Positions 46,531 through 56,882 of a DNA stretch of 61,568 nucleotides are shown piece after piece. The first letter of the stretch is position 1, and each line of letters opens with the position of its first letter. The DNA is taken from assembly GCA_041498155.1 (NCBI GenBank), contig JBGQHV010000001.1, positions 1 through 61,568 on the forward strand, in the 5' to 3' direction. Under the pieces are notes generated by a model that saw nothing but the letters and a program-made list of their open reading frames with translations, made no database searches and was not told the DNA's origin. This DNA comes from Gemmatimonadota bacterium (GTDB taxonomy: Bacteria; Gemmatimonadota; Gemmatimonadetes; Gemmatimonadales; GWC2-71-9). Position numbers and translations under genes: made by a program.

Positions 46531-48927
46531 TCACTCCGCGCGCAGGGCTTGCGCAGGATCGATGCGGGTCGCCCGCCGCGCCGGCACGTAGGCCGCGACG
46601 AGTCCCACACCGAGCAGCAGCGCGGAGACTGCCGCCAGCGCGAGCGGATCGGTGGGGCTGACCTGAAACAGCAGCGCCGTGAGCAGCCGCGAACTGAGCA
46701 GGGCGCCCGCCAGTCCGACCGCCGCCCCCGCCGCCAGGACCGAGAGTGCACCGCCGATGACCTCCCGACACACCCGGGCCGGAGTCGCGCCCAACGCCAT
46801 GCGCACGCCGAAGTCGCGCGTTCGGTCGCGCACGACCGAGGCCACGAGACCGTACAGCCCGATGACGGCGAGCAACAATGCCACGAGCCCGAACCCGGAG
46901 AACAGGAGCGTGGAGAGCCGCGGCAGTGCGCGCTGCCCCGTCAGAAGGTCGTCCATGGTCTCGCTGCGCACGATGCTGGCCGCAGGGTCGGCATCGTGGA
47001 CGGCGCGACGCATCGCCGGTAACAGGGTCGCGAGAGGACCGGACGTCCGCACTGCAAGTCCGCCCTGGAAGAAGAACTGACGCGACGGCAGGTAGATCGC
47101 CGGCGTCGCCTCACGGAGACTGCGGTAGTGCACGTCACCGGTCACCCCGACCACCGTGCGCCAGTCGCCGGCGCCGGTGTCGCCCGCGAAGCGGATCCGC
47201 TCGCCGATCGGATCGGGCCCGAGCTGCAGCAGTCGAGCCGCGCCTTCGCTGACGACGGCCACCTTGGGTGTCGCTGCGCGGTCGGTGCCCAGGAACCCAC
47301 GCCCCCGGAGCAGCGGGATCCCGAGTACCACGAAGTACTCGGCGCCGCCCGCCTCGATGGGGATCCGTGGGTAACCGGCCTGCGCTGCCCGCCCCGCCAC
47401 CTCCCACGGCGCATTGAATATCTGAGACCCGAAAAATGGGGGCGCCGCGATCGGAGTGAGCGCCGTCACCCCAGGGAGCGCGCGGAGGGCCGGTGGGACC
47501 TGATCCAGTAACGCGGCGAACTTCGCATCAGCGTCACTCTGCGTGACCGGGATGGCCAGCCAGAGTAGCGACACATGGTCGGCGTTGTAGCCCAGGTCGA
47601 TCCGCAGGAGCTTCTCGAGGCTGCGGGCCAAGAGCCCGGCGCCGGCAAGCATTACGAGGGCGAGAGCGACCTGTGAGACCACGAACCCATGCCGGACGCG
47701 CCGGCCCGTCCTCGTTTCGCTACCCGATCGGGCGTCGACCCGGAGCGGCGTGGCGAGATCTCCACGGAGGGCGGTCAGCGCCGGCAGGATCCCGACCAGC
47801 GCGACGGTCACGAGCGTCACCCCGACCGCAACGAGGAGCGGCGCGCCCCCGAGACGAATTACGTCGATGCGCGGCAGTCCAGCCGGCGCCACCCGCACCA
47901 GCAAGCGGATCAGCGCGACGGCCAGCGCGAAGCCGAGCGCCCCCCCGGCGACGGCCAGCGAGCCGCTCTCTAGGAGGAGGCTTCGCACGATGTCCCAGGT
48001 GGCGGCCCCGAGCGAGCGACGGAGGGCCATCTCGTGGCCCCGCGCGGCCACCCGCAGCAGCACCAAGTTGCCGACGTTGACGCACGCCAAGAGGAGCAGC
48101 AGGATCACCGCGGCGGTGAGCGCCCGGAGGACGGGCCGCACGTCGCCCAAGACCGCCTGGGGGAAGGTTCGGATCTGCGCCCCGGCGAGCGCGCTGACCT
48201 CCCCTGCCGGGCGCCGGCGATCGAGGTCCTGCATGATCGAAAGAAACTCGGCGCGCGCCGCGCCCACGGTCGCGTGTGGCGCCAGGCGCCCGATCATGTC
48301 GAGCCCGCCGCCGTACACCGTCGGGCTCCAATACTCCACGCCGACCGGGTAGTCGAGCCCCGCCGGCGCGACTCCGACAATCGCGTACCGCCGCTGGGTG
48401 TACGGATTCGTCAACCGGCGTCCGAGCACGCCCGAATCACCGGCGAAGCGCCGCTGCCAGGTGTCGTAGCTGATGACCAGAACGGACGGGTCGGTGGAGG
48501 ACTCCTCGTCGGCATGAAACAGCCGGCCGAGCGCGGGGCGCACGCCGAGCACGTCGAAGAAGTTGCCGGTGACCCAGGCGGCCTTGAGCACGAGCGACCG
48601 ATCGCCGTCCAGCAGGGTGAGTTCGAACGCGCCCTGGTGCGCTTCGCCCGCGATCGTCGCCAGTGTGCGGCTATGCAGGCGGAGCTGGTCCAGATCCTTC
48701 GCGGACCAGGCAAGGTCGACACCACGCGCATCCACTGTGCGCGGCAGGACGATCCGCTCTTGCTCCTGCACGGGCAGCGGGCGCACCAGCACGGCGTTGG
48801 AGACGGCGAACATCGCGACCGCCATCCCGATACCGAGTCCCAAAATGAGCACGGCCGTCGCGGCGAACGCCGGGGATCGGCGGAGAGCGCGGAGCGCGAA
48901 CCGAACCTCCTGTACGATGTGGTCCAT
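46531..48927 (-). CDS. Duplicated FtsX/MacB-type ABC permease (ADOP family-like)
   Basis: ATG 48927; 798 aa. The N-terminus (FALRALRRSPAFAATAVLILGLGIG) is followed by two FtsX-type 4-TM modules, each preceded by a large periplasmic domain. Confidence 0.85.
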   Translation of the reverse strand: MDHIVQEVRFALRALRRSPAFAATAVLILGLGIGMAVAMFAVSNAVLVRPLPVQEQERIVLPRTVDARGVDLAWSAKDLDQLRLHSRTLATIAGEAHQGAFELTLLDGDRSLVLKAAWVTGNFFDVLGVRPALGRLFHADEESSTDPSVLVISYDTWQRRFAGDSGVLGRRLTNPYTQRRYAIVGVAPAGLDYPVGVEYWSPTVYGGGLDMIGRLAPHATVGAARAEFLSIMQDLDRRRPAGEVSALAGAQIRTFPQAVLGDVRPVLRALTAAVILLLLLACVNVGNLVLLRVAARGHEMALRRSLGAATWDIVRSLLLESGSLAVAGGALGFALAVALIRLLVRVAPAGLPRIDVIRLGGAPLLVAVGVTLVTVALVGILPALTALRGDLATPLRVDARSGSETRTGRRVRHGFVVSQVALALVMLAGAGLLARSLEKLLRIDLGYNADHVSLLWLAIPVTQSDADAKFAALLDQVPPALRALPGVTALTPIAAPPFFGSQIFNAPWEVAGRAAQAGYPRIPIEAGGAEYFVVLGIPLLRGRGFLGTDRAATPKVAVVSEGAARLLQLGPDPIGERIRFAGDTGAGDWRTVVGVTGDVHYRSLREATPAIYLPSRQFFFQGGLAVRTSGPLATLLPAMRRAVHDADPAASIVRSETMDDLLTGQRALPRLSTLLFSGFGLVALLLAVIGLYGLVASVVRDRTRDFGVRMALGATPARVCREVIGGALSVLAAGAAVGLAGALLSSRLLTALLFQVSPTDPLALAAVSALLLGVGLVAAYVPARRATRIDPAQALRAE

Positions 48928-48944
48928 TATGTCGGGATCGCCCG

Positions 48945-49445
48945 CTACTCGAGCATCACCTCTTCCCGGCTCTCGGGCTCTGCCTTCAGCTCGGGGTGGC
49001 GGGTGAGGAGGCGCGCGCAGGCGTTCCACCGCAGCAGCGCGTCGTCGTTGTCGGAGGGGCGCAGCACCTCGGCCTTCTCGTACCAGTCCATCGCTTCCCG
49101 CAGCCACTGGTACACGGCGCCCGCGGCCCCCGGGGCGCCGTGGCTGTGGCGCGCTCGGGCCCAGCGCTCGCAGATGATGCCGGCGTAGTAGGCCCGTTGG
49201 TAGTCGTTGGTGAGGCGCGGCAAGACCTCCCGAGCGGCGGCTTCCCCGACGCCGCGGCCGTGCTGGAACTGGTCGGTGCGTGCCAACAGCAACGTCACCA
49301 GCGCGCGCTGGTTCTGCGGCTCGACTTCGAGAATGTCCTCGCAGATGCTCTCGGCATCACCCGGCTCGTTCAGCAGGCGGTAGCGCTCCGCCTTTTCCAG
49401 GGCTCGCTCGACGCCGTTCGGGGAAATCCGCTTGAGGGTGGCCAT
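48945..49445 (-). CDS. Hypothetical helical (TPR-like) protein downstream of sdhB
   Basis: ATG 49445; 166 aa, predicted all-helical (ALEKAERYRLLNEPGDAESICEDILEVEPQNQRAL...). No family was recognised. Confidence 0.55.
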   Translation of the reverse strand: MATLKRISPNGVERALEKAERYRLLNEPGDAESICEDILEVEPQNQRALVTLLLARTDQFQHGRGVGEAAAREVLPRLTNDYQRAYYAGIICERWARARHSHGAPGAAGAVYQWLREAMDWYEKAEVLRPSDNDDALLRWNACARLLTRHPELKAEPESREEVMLE

Positions 49446-49459
49446 GCGGCACTCCCTTC

Positions 49460-50209
49460 TCAGTCCATCAGGCCCAGCATCCGGAGGAGCTTGAACAGCG
49501 GGTCGAAATGGCGATCGATCACGCGCTCCTTCAACGGGATGATGGCGTTGTCGGTGATCGCGATACCTTCCGGGCACACCGTGGTGCAGCACTTGGTGAT
49601 GTTGCAGAAGCCGATGCCGTGCGCCTGGCGCAGCTCGTCCCGCCGGTCGGCGATGTCGAGGGGATGCATCTCGAGCCCCGCCGCGTGGATCAGGAACCGT
49701 GGTCCGATGAATCGGTCATGCAACCGGTGATCGCGCAGCACGTGGCATACGTCCTGGCACAGGAAGCACTCGATGCACTTGCGGAACTCCATGACCCGGT
49801 CGACGTCGCCCTGCTGCATGCGCCACGTGCCGTCGGGCGCGTCGGGGGGGCGCGGCGTGAACGGCGTGATGCGCGTCTTCACGCGGAAATTCCACGACAC
49901 GTCGGTCACGAGGTCCCGGACGACGGGAAACGCCTTCATCGGCTCGATCGTCACCGGCCGATCGAGCGGCAGATCGGTGAGCCGGGTCATGCACATCAAC
50001 TTCGGCATCCCGTTCACCTCGGCCGAGCACGAGCCGCAGCGGCCGGCCTTGCAGTTCCAGCGCACCGCGAGATCGGGGGCCTGCTCCGCCTGGATCTGAT
50101 GGACGGCGTCGAGCACGACCATCCCCTCCCCCACCTCGAGGGGGTAATCGCGCCACGATCCGCCGGAGGAGTCGCCGCGCCAGATGCGAAACGTGGTCTG
50201 GGTCATCAC
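49460..50209 (-). CDS. sdhB: Succinate dehydrogenase/fumarate reductase iron-sulfur subunit
   Basis: 249 aa with three Cys clusters (CKAGRCGSCSAEVNG, CIECFLCQDVC, CTTVCPEGI). It overlaps the sdhA stop by 4 nt. Confidence 0.9.
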   Translation of the reverse strand: MMTQTTFRIWRGDSSGGSWRDYPLEVGEGMVVLDAVHQIQAEQAPDLAVRWNCKAGRCGSCSAEVNGMPKLMCMTRLTDLPLDRPVTIEPMKAFPVVRDLVTDVSWNFRVKTRITPFTPRPPDAPDGTWRMQQGDVDRVMEFRKCIECFLCQDVCHVLRDHRLHDRFIGPRFLIHAAGLEMHPLDIADRRDELRQAHGIGFCNITKCCTTVCPEGIAITDNAIIPLKERVIDRHFDPLFKLLRMLGLMD

Positions 50210-52017
50210 GTCATCTCCTCGATGATCCGCGCGAGCTCGGGCGGCAGCGGCGGCACGGGAATCGACGCCACCTCCATCTGCCCGCCGCCGCCACGTTTGA
50301 CGACGAACCGCACGCGGCCGAGCGCCTCGTCCTTGCCCGGGTAGTCTTCGCGGAAGTGCGCGCCGCGGCTCTCGGTGCGTCGCAGCGCCGCCTGTGTGAC
50401 GGCTTCACTCACGGTGAGCAACGGATTGAGGTCGAGGGCGGTATGCCATCCGGGGTTGTACTCCCGGTTGCCGCTGACGGCGACCCGCTCAGCGCGCGCG
50501 CGCAGGCCCGTCAGGCCCTCGAGGGCACGCTCCATCTCGGAGGCGGTGCGCACGATCCCGACCAGGTCCTGCATCATCACCTGAAGATCGTGTTGGATCT
50601 TGAACGGTCCATCCACACCGTCGGTGGTTCGCTCGAACGGCTCCACGGCGCGGCGCCCGGCGGCGTCCGCGAGCGCGGGGTCGATCCGGCCCGGTGCGTG
50701 TTCGCGGGCGAAGGCCGCCGCGAAGTCACCGGCCCGCTTGCCGAACACCAGCAGGTCCGAGAGCGAGTTGCCACCCAGGCGGTTGGCGCCGTGCAGTCCG
50801 GCCGCGCATTCCCCCGCGGCGAACAGACCCGGCACCGTCGACATTTGGGATTCCGCGTTCACCCGCACGCCGCCCATCATGTAGTGGGTCGTCGGCCCGA
50901 TTTCCATCGGCTCTCGCGTGATGTCGACCCCGGCGAGCTCCTTGAACTGCTGATACATCGCGGGGAGCTTGCGCTTGATGTGCTCGGCGGCATTGGGGAG
51001 CCGGCGCGCGATCCAGGAGATGTCGAGGAATACCCCGCCGTGCGGCGAGCCGCGCCCCTCCTTGACCTCGCGCACGATGCAGCGGGCCACATGATCGCGC
51101 GTGAGGAGCTCCGGGGGCCGGCGCGCGGTCTTGTCGCCCTGGGTGTAGCGCCACCCTTCCTCCTCGTTGTCGGCCGTCTGCTTGACGTACGCCGGCGGGA
51201 TCTCATCGAACATGAAGCGCCGGCCGTCCTTGTTCGTGAGGATGCCGCCCTCACCGCGCACGCCCTCCGTCACGAGCAGGCCACGGACCGAGGGCGGCCA
51301 CACCATCCCCGTCGGATGGAACTGCAGGAATTCCATATCCACCAGCTCGGCGCCCGCGTCGTAGGCCAGGGCGAGTCCGTCGCCCGTGTATTCCCAGCTG
51401 TTGCTCGTGATGCGGTAGGCGCGGCCGATGCCGCCGGTCGCGAGCACCACCGCCCTGGCGGCGTACACGCGAAACCGGCCGCGCTCGCGGTCGTAGCCGA
51501 ACGCCCCCACCACCCGGCCCTCGTCGGTGAGCAGCGACGTCACCGTGCATTCCATATGAAAGACGATGCCCTGGTGAACCCCGTGGTCCTGCAGCGTGCG
51601 GATCATCTCGAGGCCGGTGCGGTCGCCGACGTGCGCCAGCCGGGGGTAGGCGTGGCCGCCGAAGTTGCGCTGCAGGATGCGTCCGTCGGGGGTGCGGTCG
51701 AACAGCGCGCCCCACGCCTCCAGCTCGCGCACCCGGTCGGGCGCTTCCCGGGCGTGCAGCTCCGCCATGCGGCAGTCGTTCAGGTATTGGCCGCCGCGCA
51801 TCGTGTCGGCAAAGTGGACCCGCCACGTGTCGCGGTCGTCCACGTTCGCGAGCGCCGCGGCGACGCCCCCCTCGGCCATGACCGTGTGCGCCTTCCCCAG
51901 CAGCGACTTGCAGACCACCCCGACCTTCGCCCCTTCAGCCGACGCGGCGATCGCGGCGCGTAGTCCCGCACCGCCCGCGCCGATCACCAGCACGTCGTAG
52001 GAAACCGCCTCGGGCAT
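50206..52017 (-). CDS. sdhA: Succinate dehydrogenase/fumarate reductase flavoprotein subunit
   Basis: ATG 52017; 603 aa. FAD motif YDVLVIGAGGAGLRAA, the covalent-FAD His context KAHTVMAEGG, and HPTGMV, RLGGNSL. Confidence 0.93.
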   Translation of the reverse strand: MPEAVSYDVLVIGAGGAGLRAAIAASAEGAKVGVVCKSLLGKAHTVMAEGGVAAALANVDDRDTWRVHFADTMRGGQYLNDCRMAELHAREAPDRVRELEAWGALFDRTPDGRILQRNFGGHAYPRLAHVGDRTGLEMIRTLQDHGVHQGIVFHMECTVTSLLTDEGRVVGAFGYDRERGRFRVYAARAVVLATGGIGRAYRITSNSWEYTGDGLALAYDAGAELVDMEFLQFHPTGMVWPPSVRGLLVTEGVRGEGGILTNKDGRRFMFDEIPPAYVKQTADNEEEGWRYTQGDKTARRPPELLTRDHVARCIVREVKEGRGSPHGGVFLDISWIARRLPNAAEHIKRKLPAMYQQFKELAGVDITREPMEIGPTTHYMMGGVRVNAESQMSTVPGLFAAGECAAGLHGANRLGGNSLSDLLVFGKRAGDFAAAFAREHAPGRIDPALADAAGRRAVEPFERTTDGVDGPFKIQHDLQVMMQDLVGIVRTASEMERALEGLTGLRARAERVAVSGNREYNPGWHTALDLNPLLTVSEAVTQAALRRTESRGAHFREDYPGKDEALGRVRFVVKRGGGGQMEVASIPVPPLPPELARIIEEMT

Positions 52018-52022
52018 CGCGG

Positions 52023-52823
52023 TCACAGGAGTCGCAGGTCGGTCCAGACCCCGGTGGCGCAGAGGCGCACGTAAATGTCCGAGAACGCCACCCAGACGAG
52101 GCTGGCCCAGGCCCACATCATGTGGCGCCGGTTGAGGCAGCTGACGCATGCGTACGCCGTCCGCCGCACCGGGTGGCCGGAGAGCCGGTCGAGCATCCCG
52201 CCCACCGTGTGTCGCAGCGAATGGCAGCCGAGCGTATAGCCGCCGAGCAGCGTGACGTTGACCGCGAGCACCAGCGTCCCGACCCCGACGCCGAAGTGCG
52301 TGGCTCCGGTCGCAGGGTCGACGAACCAGAGCGCGTTCCACACGTCGTGCAGCAGGATCACGAGAAAGGGCAGCGCGAGCACCAGGAAATACCGATGGAC
52401 GTGCTGCAGCACGAGCGGAAACGACGCCTCGCCGCGATAGCTCTTGCGCGGCTCGCCGACGGTGCAGGCGGGCGGATCGGCCCAGAACGCCTTGTAGTAG
52501 GCGCCGCGGTAGTAGTAGCAGGTGAGCCGGTACCCGCCGGGCATCCACAGGATGAGGATGGCGGGCGACCAGGGGAGCCATCCCGGCCACCATCCGGGCT
52601 TGAGCCCGAACCACGCCTGGGCCGAGCCGAACAGCTCGGGCGAGTAGAACGGGGAGAGGTAGGGTCCGAACCGGTAATGGTCGCCCTGGAGCGCGGCCCA
52701 GGTGGCGTACACCACGAAGCTGGAGAGGACCAGAAAGACGACCACCGGGGTAACCCACCACCAATCGCGCCGCCCGGTGCTCCCGAAGCGGCGCTGCGGA
52801 ACCGTGAGCGTACTCTCAGTCAT
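52023..52823 (-). CDS. sdhC: Succinate dehydrogenase membrane anchor / cytochrome b subunit (single large 5-TM type)
   Basis: 266 aa, about 5 TM helices with conserved His residues. It lies immediately upstream of sdhA (5-nt gap). No separate sdhD was seen. Confidence 0.75.
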   Translation of the reverse strand: MTESTLTVPQRRFGSTGRRDWWWVTPVVVFLVLSSFVVYATWAALQGDHYRFGPYLSPFYSPELFGSAQAWFGLKPGWWPGWLPWSPAILILWMPGGYRLTCYYYRGAYYKAFWADPPACTVGEPRKSYRGEASFPLVLQHVHRYFLVLALPFLVILLHDVWNALWFVDPATGATHFGVGVGTLVLAVNVTLLGGYTLGCHSLRHTVGGMLDRLSGHPVRRTAYACVSCLNRRHMMWAWASLVWVAFSDIYVRLCATGVWTDLRLL

Positions 52824-52870
52824 GGGCGAAACAATAACGCGCCCCGGCCTCCCCTCGCTATCTTTGCGCT

Positions 52871-53728
52871 ATGTCCTCCCCCATCACACATGTCTCCGAC
52901 ACCGCCCACTGGGTGGCGATGTATCGCGCGATGGAATCGGAGCGCCCCGACGCGTTGTTTCACGATCCCTACGCGCGGCGGCTGGCGGGTCCACAGGGCG
53001 AGCAGATCATCCAGAACATGCCGAAGGCGAAGGCGTTTGCCTGGCCGATGGTGGTGCGCACGGCCGTAATGGACGAGATCATCCTCCGGGCGATCGAGCG
53101 CGACGGGGTGCGGACGGTCGTCAACCTCGCCGCCGGGCTCGACGCCCGGCCCTACCGGTTAGCGCTGCCGCGGGAGCTGCGCTGGATCGACGTCGACCTG
53201 CCGGCGATGCAGAACTACAAGCGGGAGGCGTTGGCGACCGAAACGCCGCACTGCGCCCTCGAGTGGATCCCCGCCGATCTCGCCGACGCGGGTCAGCGAC
53301 GTACCGTGCTGAGCCGGGTGGACGCCGGGCCGGGACCCGCGCTGGTCATCACCGAAGGACTGTTGATCTACCTCGAACCGGACCAGGTCGCCGGTCTGGC
53401 CCGCGATCTCCACGGGTGCGCCCAGCTCGCGTGGTGGCTGACCGACATCGCGTCGCCGCGACTCGTCAAGCTGATGGAGCGCACCTGGGGCGGGAAACTG
53501 CGCGCCGGGGGCGCCCCGTTCAAATTCGCGCCGGCCGAAGGGACCGCATTCTTCGAGCCGCTGGGGTGGCGCGAAGCGGAATTTCGGTCGACGTGGGACG
53601 AGTCGCTGCGGCTGAACCGGACGATGCGATTCGCGCGCTTCTGGAGCCTGATCGGCACGCTGTACACCAAGAAAGCTCGGGAAGCGGGCCGGCGGATGGC
53701 GGGGATCGTGTTGCTGCAGCGAACGTGA
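52871..53728 (+). CDS. SAM-dependent O-methyltransferase, leucine carboxyl methyltransferase-like family
   Basis: 285 aa with VSDTAHWVAMYRAMESERPDALFHDPYARRLAG and VVNLAAGLDARPYR. Confidence 0.8.
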   Translation: MSSPITHVSDTAHWVAMYRAMESERPDALFHDPYARRLAGPQGEQIIQNMPKAKAFAWPMVVRTAVMDEIILRAIERDGVRTVVNLAAGLDARPYRLALPRELRWIDVDLPAMQNYKREALATETPHCALEWIPADLADAGQRRTVLSRVDAGPGPALVITEGLLIYLEPDQVAGLARDLHGCAQLAWWLTDIASPRLVKLMERTWGGKLRAGGAPFKFAPAEGTAFFEPLGWREAEFRSTWDESLRLNRTMRFARFWSLIGTLYTKKAREAGRRMAGIVLLQRT

Positions 53729-53741
53729 GCGAAAGTAGAGA

Positions 53742-53768
53742 GCGGTAGAGGGCACCGCCCTCTACCGC
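53742..53768. terminator. Hairpin between convergent methyltransferase and TonB receptor genes
   Basis: Perfect 12-bp stem GCGGTAGAGGGC / GCCCTCTACCGC with a 3-nt loop, followed by CCATTTGTG. Confidence 0.55.
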
Positions 53769-53804
53769 CCATTTGTGCCTGCTACCAGCCTCTGCCGTCA
53801 GCCT

Positions 53805-56800
53805 CTAGAACCCCCACCGCAACCCAACCTGCAGCTGCCGCGGGTCGCCCAACCCCGAGCGGATGGTGCCGTCGAAGTTGAGGAATTTCCCAACCCCTGG
53901 GTCCTTGAAGTTGTCGTTGTTCGTCACGTTGAAGATCTCGAGGATCGCTTCAAGCTGCTGGCCGGGCCGGCCAACGGGAATGGCCCGGGAGATCCGCAAA
54001 TCGAGCGAGAAATACGCGTTGTCCTTGCGGATCGTGTTGCGCATCAGGACAGAATCCGTGGCCGCCGAGAGGAGGCTTCCACAGATACGATCGGCCGGAC
54101 CGGTGGCGCGCTTGCCTGCCGCGGGAGCGAACAGATTCCCCTGGCGCGGCCCGCAGCTCACCGAGGCCGGCTGGGCCGAGTAGAGGCTCACGCGACTGTT
54201 GACGAAGAACCCGTGAATGTTTGCCAGAAACCAGCCGTTGAAGCGGTGCCGCTGATCGCGGTCGCTCCAGTTGTACTCCTTGCCGAGCGAGTCGGCTCGC
54301 GCGTAGCGGAACGTGAACGGATCGCGCTCGTTGTCGTCGTCCGACTTGTCGAACGACAGCGTGTAGTTGACTTCGAACTGGAAATTCGGATCGAGCACCC
54401 GCTTCAGACCCACGGTAAGCCCGTTGTAATTGGACTTGGCGGTGCTTTCGATACTGAACAAGGAGCCGATCGCCGTCGGCCCGGTTCCGAACGGACTGCC
54501 GAACACGGGGTCGTTGCGGTTGATGAACCGCGTCATTTGGTCGCCACGAGCATGGGTGAAGCTGATCGACGCGGCCAGGTCGCCGGCGATCTGGCGCTCG
54601 TAGGCGACCGTCAGATTGAGTGTCCGCGGGTTCTTGAACTTCCGGTCGACGATGTAGACGGTCGGCTGGAACGGCACCCCAGTGGACAAGGGCAGGAGGC
54701 TATCGAACGCCGGCGGCGGCAGGAACCCGACCGTCCCGCTCGAGCCGAACAGCGTCTGCCCGAGCGAGCCGTTGGTACTGCGCACGCTCGCCAGGTTGAG
54801 GGCCGGGATGCGGGCGTAATAGACCCCGGCGCTGGCGCGGAACACCTGGTGGCCGTCCCCATGCGGGTCCCAGGCGATGCCCAACCGCGGCTGGAACATC
54901 TTCTTGTCGGAGGGGATGTTGCCGTCCGACGGGAACGTGTGGCCGTTCACCGTGGAGTCGATCCACGGCCCGAAAAACACCGACGACGGCGGTGTGATCG
55001 GACTGGGCTGGATTTGCGCTTCCCAGCGCAACCCGTAGTTCACCGTGAGGTTCGGCGAGGGCTTCCAAGTATCCTGGAGGTACAAGGCGAACTCATTCGC
55101 CGTCAGTGTCTGGGTGCCCGCCTGCTTCACGGTGTTCGTGCCCACGCCCGACTGCTGGAGGTACAGGATGACCGGACCGGTGATCGTCTCGCCCAAGGGA
55201 CAGCTGAAGCCCGGCGCCACGCCGCTTCCGCCGCCGGAGCATTCGATGTAGTGCGACCCTTGGTTGACGAAGTTGATGAACCCGTTCACGCTGGTGAACG
55301 CCATCCGCCCGCCGGCGAAGCCGACGAACACCTGGGTCGTGGACGTGCGGTTCCACTCACCGCCGAGCTTGAAGAGGTGGTTGCCGCGCGACAGTGACAC
55401 GTTGTCCAGCAGCTGAATGCGGGTGTCGTGGTCGTCGCTGATCGGCAGGAAGAACGGCATCCCGAAGCGGAACGCGTTCCCCGGGTCGATGTCCGTGTCG
55501 TGGAACGGCACGCCGTTCCCGAAGATCGACGACACCCCCGTGGTGTCACCCAGGTGATTGTTCGGGCCGGCGTAGGGACGCGGCCGATCCTCGCGCGCGA
55601 ACTGGAAACGGAACTCGTTGGAGGCGCGCGAGGTGAGGAACGAAATCAGCGAGCCGTTCACCGCGTTCGACTTGCTCTGCTCGAGGCCGTTGGCGCTGGC
55701 GCCCCACGTGTCCACGTCGAACGTCCCATTGCGCTGCTCGGCCCACGTGTAGTTGTACTTGATCGACAGGTTGTGCCGGGCCGAGAGGCGGAAATCGAGC
55801 TTGGCCATCGCCGCCCGCGCGTCATTGGTCCGGGCGATCGGACCGAAGTCGGTTGCGAGCTCGGGGTAGCGGCTCGTCAGGAACGTCTCGAGCGTGGTGA
55901 GCTCCGGCGAGGACGGCCGGGTTTTCTGCTTGATGTCGTCGTAGATCTGCTGATCGTACGCGATGAAGAAAAACGCCCTGTCCTGCTTGAGCGGCCCGCC
56001 CAGCGTAAAGCCGAACTGGTGCTGTGAGAAATCGGGCTGGAACGACTGCGCCGGACCGCCGCCGGCCGGCGTGTGCGACGGATTGCCGGAAATGGCGTCG
56101 AATTTCCCAAAGTAGTGCAACGTACCGTGCAGCGCGTTCGTACCCGACTTGGTAATGACGTTGACGAACCCACCGGACGAGCGGCCGAACTCCGCGTTGG
56201 CGCCGCCCGCCACGACCACCAGCTCGCGCACCGCGTCGAGGTTGAACGTGAACGCGGGCCGCTGCCCGCCGCGCTGCTCGCCGAAGAACGAGTTGTTGAA
56301 GTCCGCCCCATCCACCGAGACGTTGTTGTGGATGCCGCGCTGGCCCGCCACGGTCAGCTCGTCTCCGTCCGGGCCCTGGACGATCGAGACGTTGGGCGTG
56401 AGCAGCGTGAGGTTGAGGTAGTTGCGTCCGTTGTTGGGCAACCCCGCGATGGCCTGCACCGGGAGCCGGTCCGCGGTCTCCGTCTTGGTCGGATCCACCA
56501 GGACCTGCGTGGCTTCGGCGTTGATCGCGGCCAGCGTGATCGGCTGCACCGCGAGGCGCAGGTCCACGCTCTGGCCCACCCGCAGGACGATCCCCTTCTG
56601 GGAGACCGGGTTGAAGCCAATCGCCCGCGCCGTGACGTCGTAGGTCCCGAGCGGCAGCAGCGTGGCGGCGAAATTCCCAGCGGCGTCCGCCGTCAGGTTA
56701 CGCTCGAAGTTAGTCTGTGTTTCGTGAAACACGACCTGGGCACCGCTCACCGGCGAGCCGTTCGGGTCCACCACCACGCCGCGAATGATGCCGGTCGTGG

Positions 56801-56882
56801 CCTGGGCCTGGGCGGAGAGTCGGAGGGGCAGGGACAGGGCGGCGAAGCCGAGGAGCGCTCCAGCCAGGAGTTTACGCAGCAT
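53805..56882 (-). CDS. TonB-dependent receptor, Oar-like (carboxypeptidase-regulatory N-terminal domain)
   Basis: ATG 56882; 1025 aa. A signal peptide is followed by GIIRGVVVDPNGSPVSGAQVVFHE...LPLGTYDVTARAIGF, then the plug and a large beta-barrel ending in ...LQVGLRWGF (terminal aromatic residue). Confidence 0.88.
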   Translation of the reverse strand: MLRKLLAGALLGFAALSLPLRLSAQAQATTGIIRGVVVDPNGSPVSGAQVVFHETQTNFERNLTADAAGNFAATLLPLGTYDVTARAIGFNPVSQKGIVLRVGQSVDLRLAVQPITLAAINAEATQVLVDPTKTETADRLPVQAIAGLPNNGRNYLNLTLLTPNVSIVQGPDGDELTVAGQRGIHNNVSVDGADFNNSFFGEQRGGQRPAFTFNLDAVRELVVVAGGANAEFGRSSGGFVNVITKSGTNALHGTLHYFGKFDAISGNPSHTPAGGGPAQSFQPDFSQHQFGFTLGGPLKQDRAFFFIAYDQQIYDDIKQKTRPSSPELTTLETFLTSRYPELATDFGPIARTNDARAAMAKLDFRLSARHNLSIKYNYTWAEQRNGTFDVDTWGASANGLEQSKSNAVNGSLISFLTSRASNEFRFQFAREDRPRPYAGPNNHLGDTTGVSSIFGNGVPFHDTDIDPGNAFRFGMPFFLPISDDHDTRIQLLDNVSLSRGNHLFKLGGEWNRTSTTQVFVGFAGGRMAFTSVNGFINFVNQGSHYIECSGGGSGVAPGFSCPLGETITGPVILYLQQSGVGTNTVKQAGTQTLTANEFALYLQDTWKPSPNLTVNYGLRWEAQIQPSPITPPSSVFFGPWIDSTVNGHTFPSDGNIPSDKKMFQPRLGIAWDPHGDGHQVFRASAGVYYARIPALNLASVRSTNGSLGQTLFGSSGTVGFLPPPAFDSLLPLSTGVPFQPTVYIVDRKFKNPRTLNLTVAYERQIAGDLAASISFTHARGDQMTRFINRNDPVFGSPFGTGPTAIGSLFSIESTAKSNYNGLTVGLKRVLDPNFQFEVNYTLSFDKSDDDNERDPFTFRYARADSLGKEYNWSDRDQRHRFNGWFLANIHGFFVNSRVSLYSAQPASVSCGPRQGNLFAPAAGKRATGPADRICGSLLSAATDSVLMRNTIRKDNAYFSLDLRISRAIPVGRPGQQLEAILEIFNVTNNDNFKDPGVGKFLNFDGTIRSGLGDPRQLQVGLRWGF

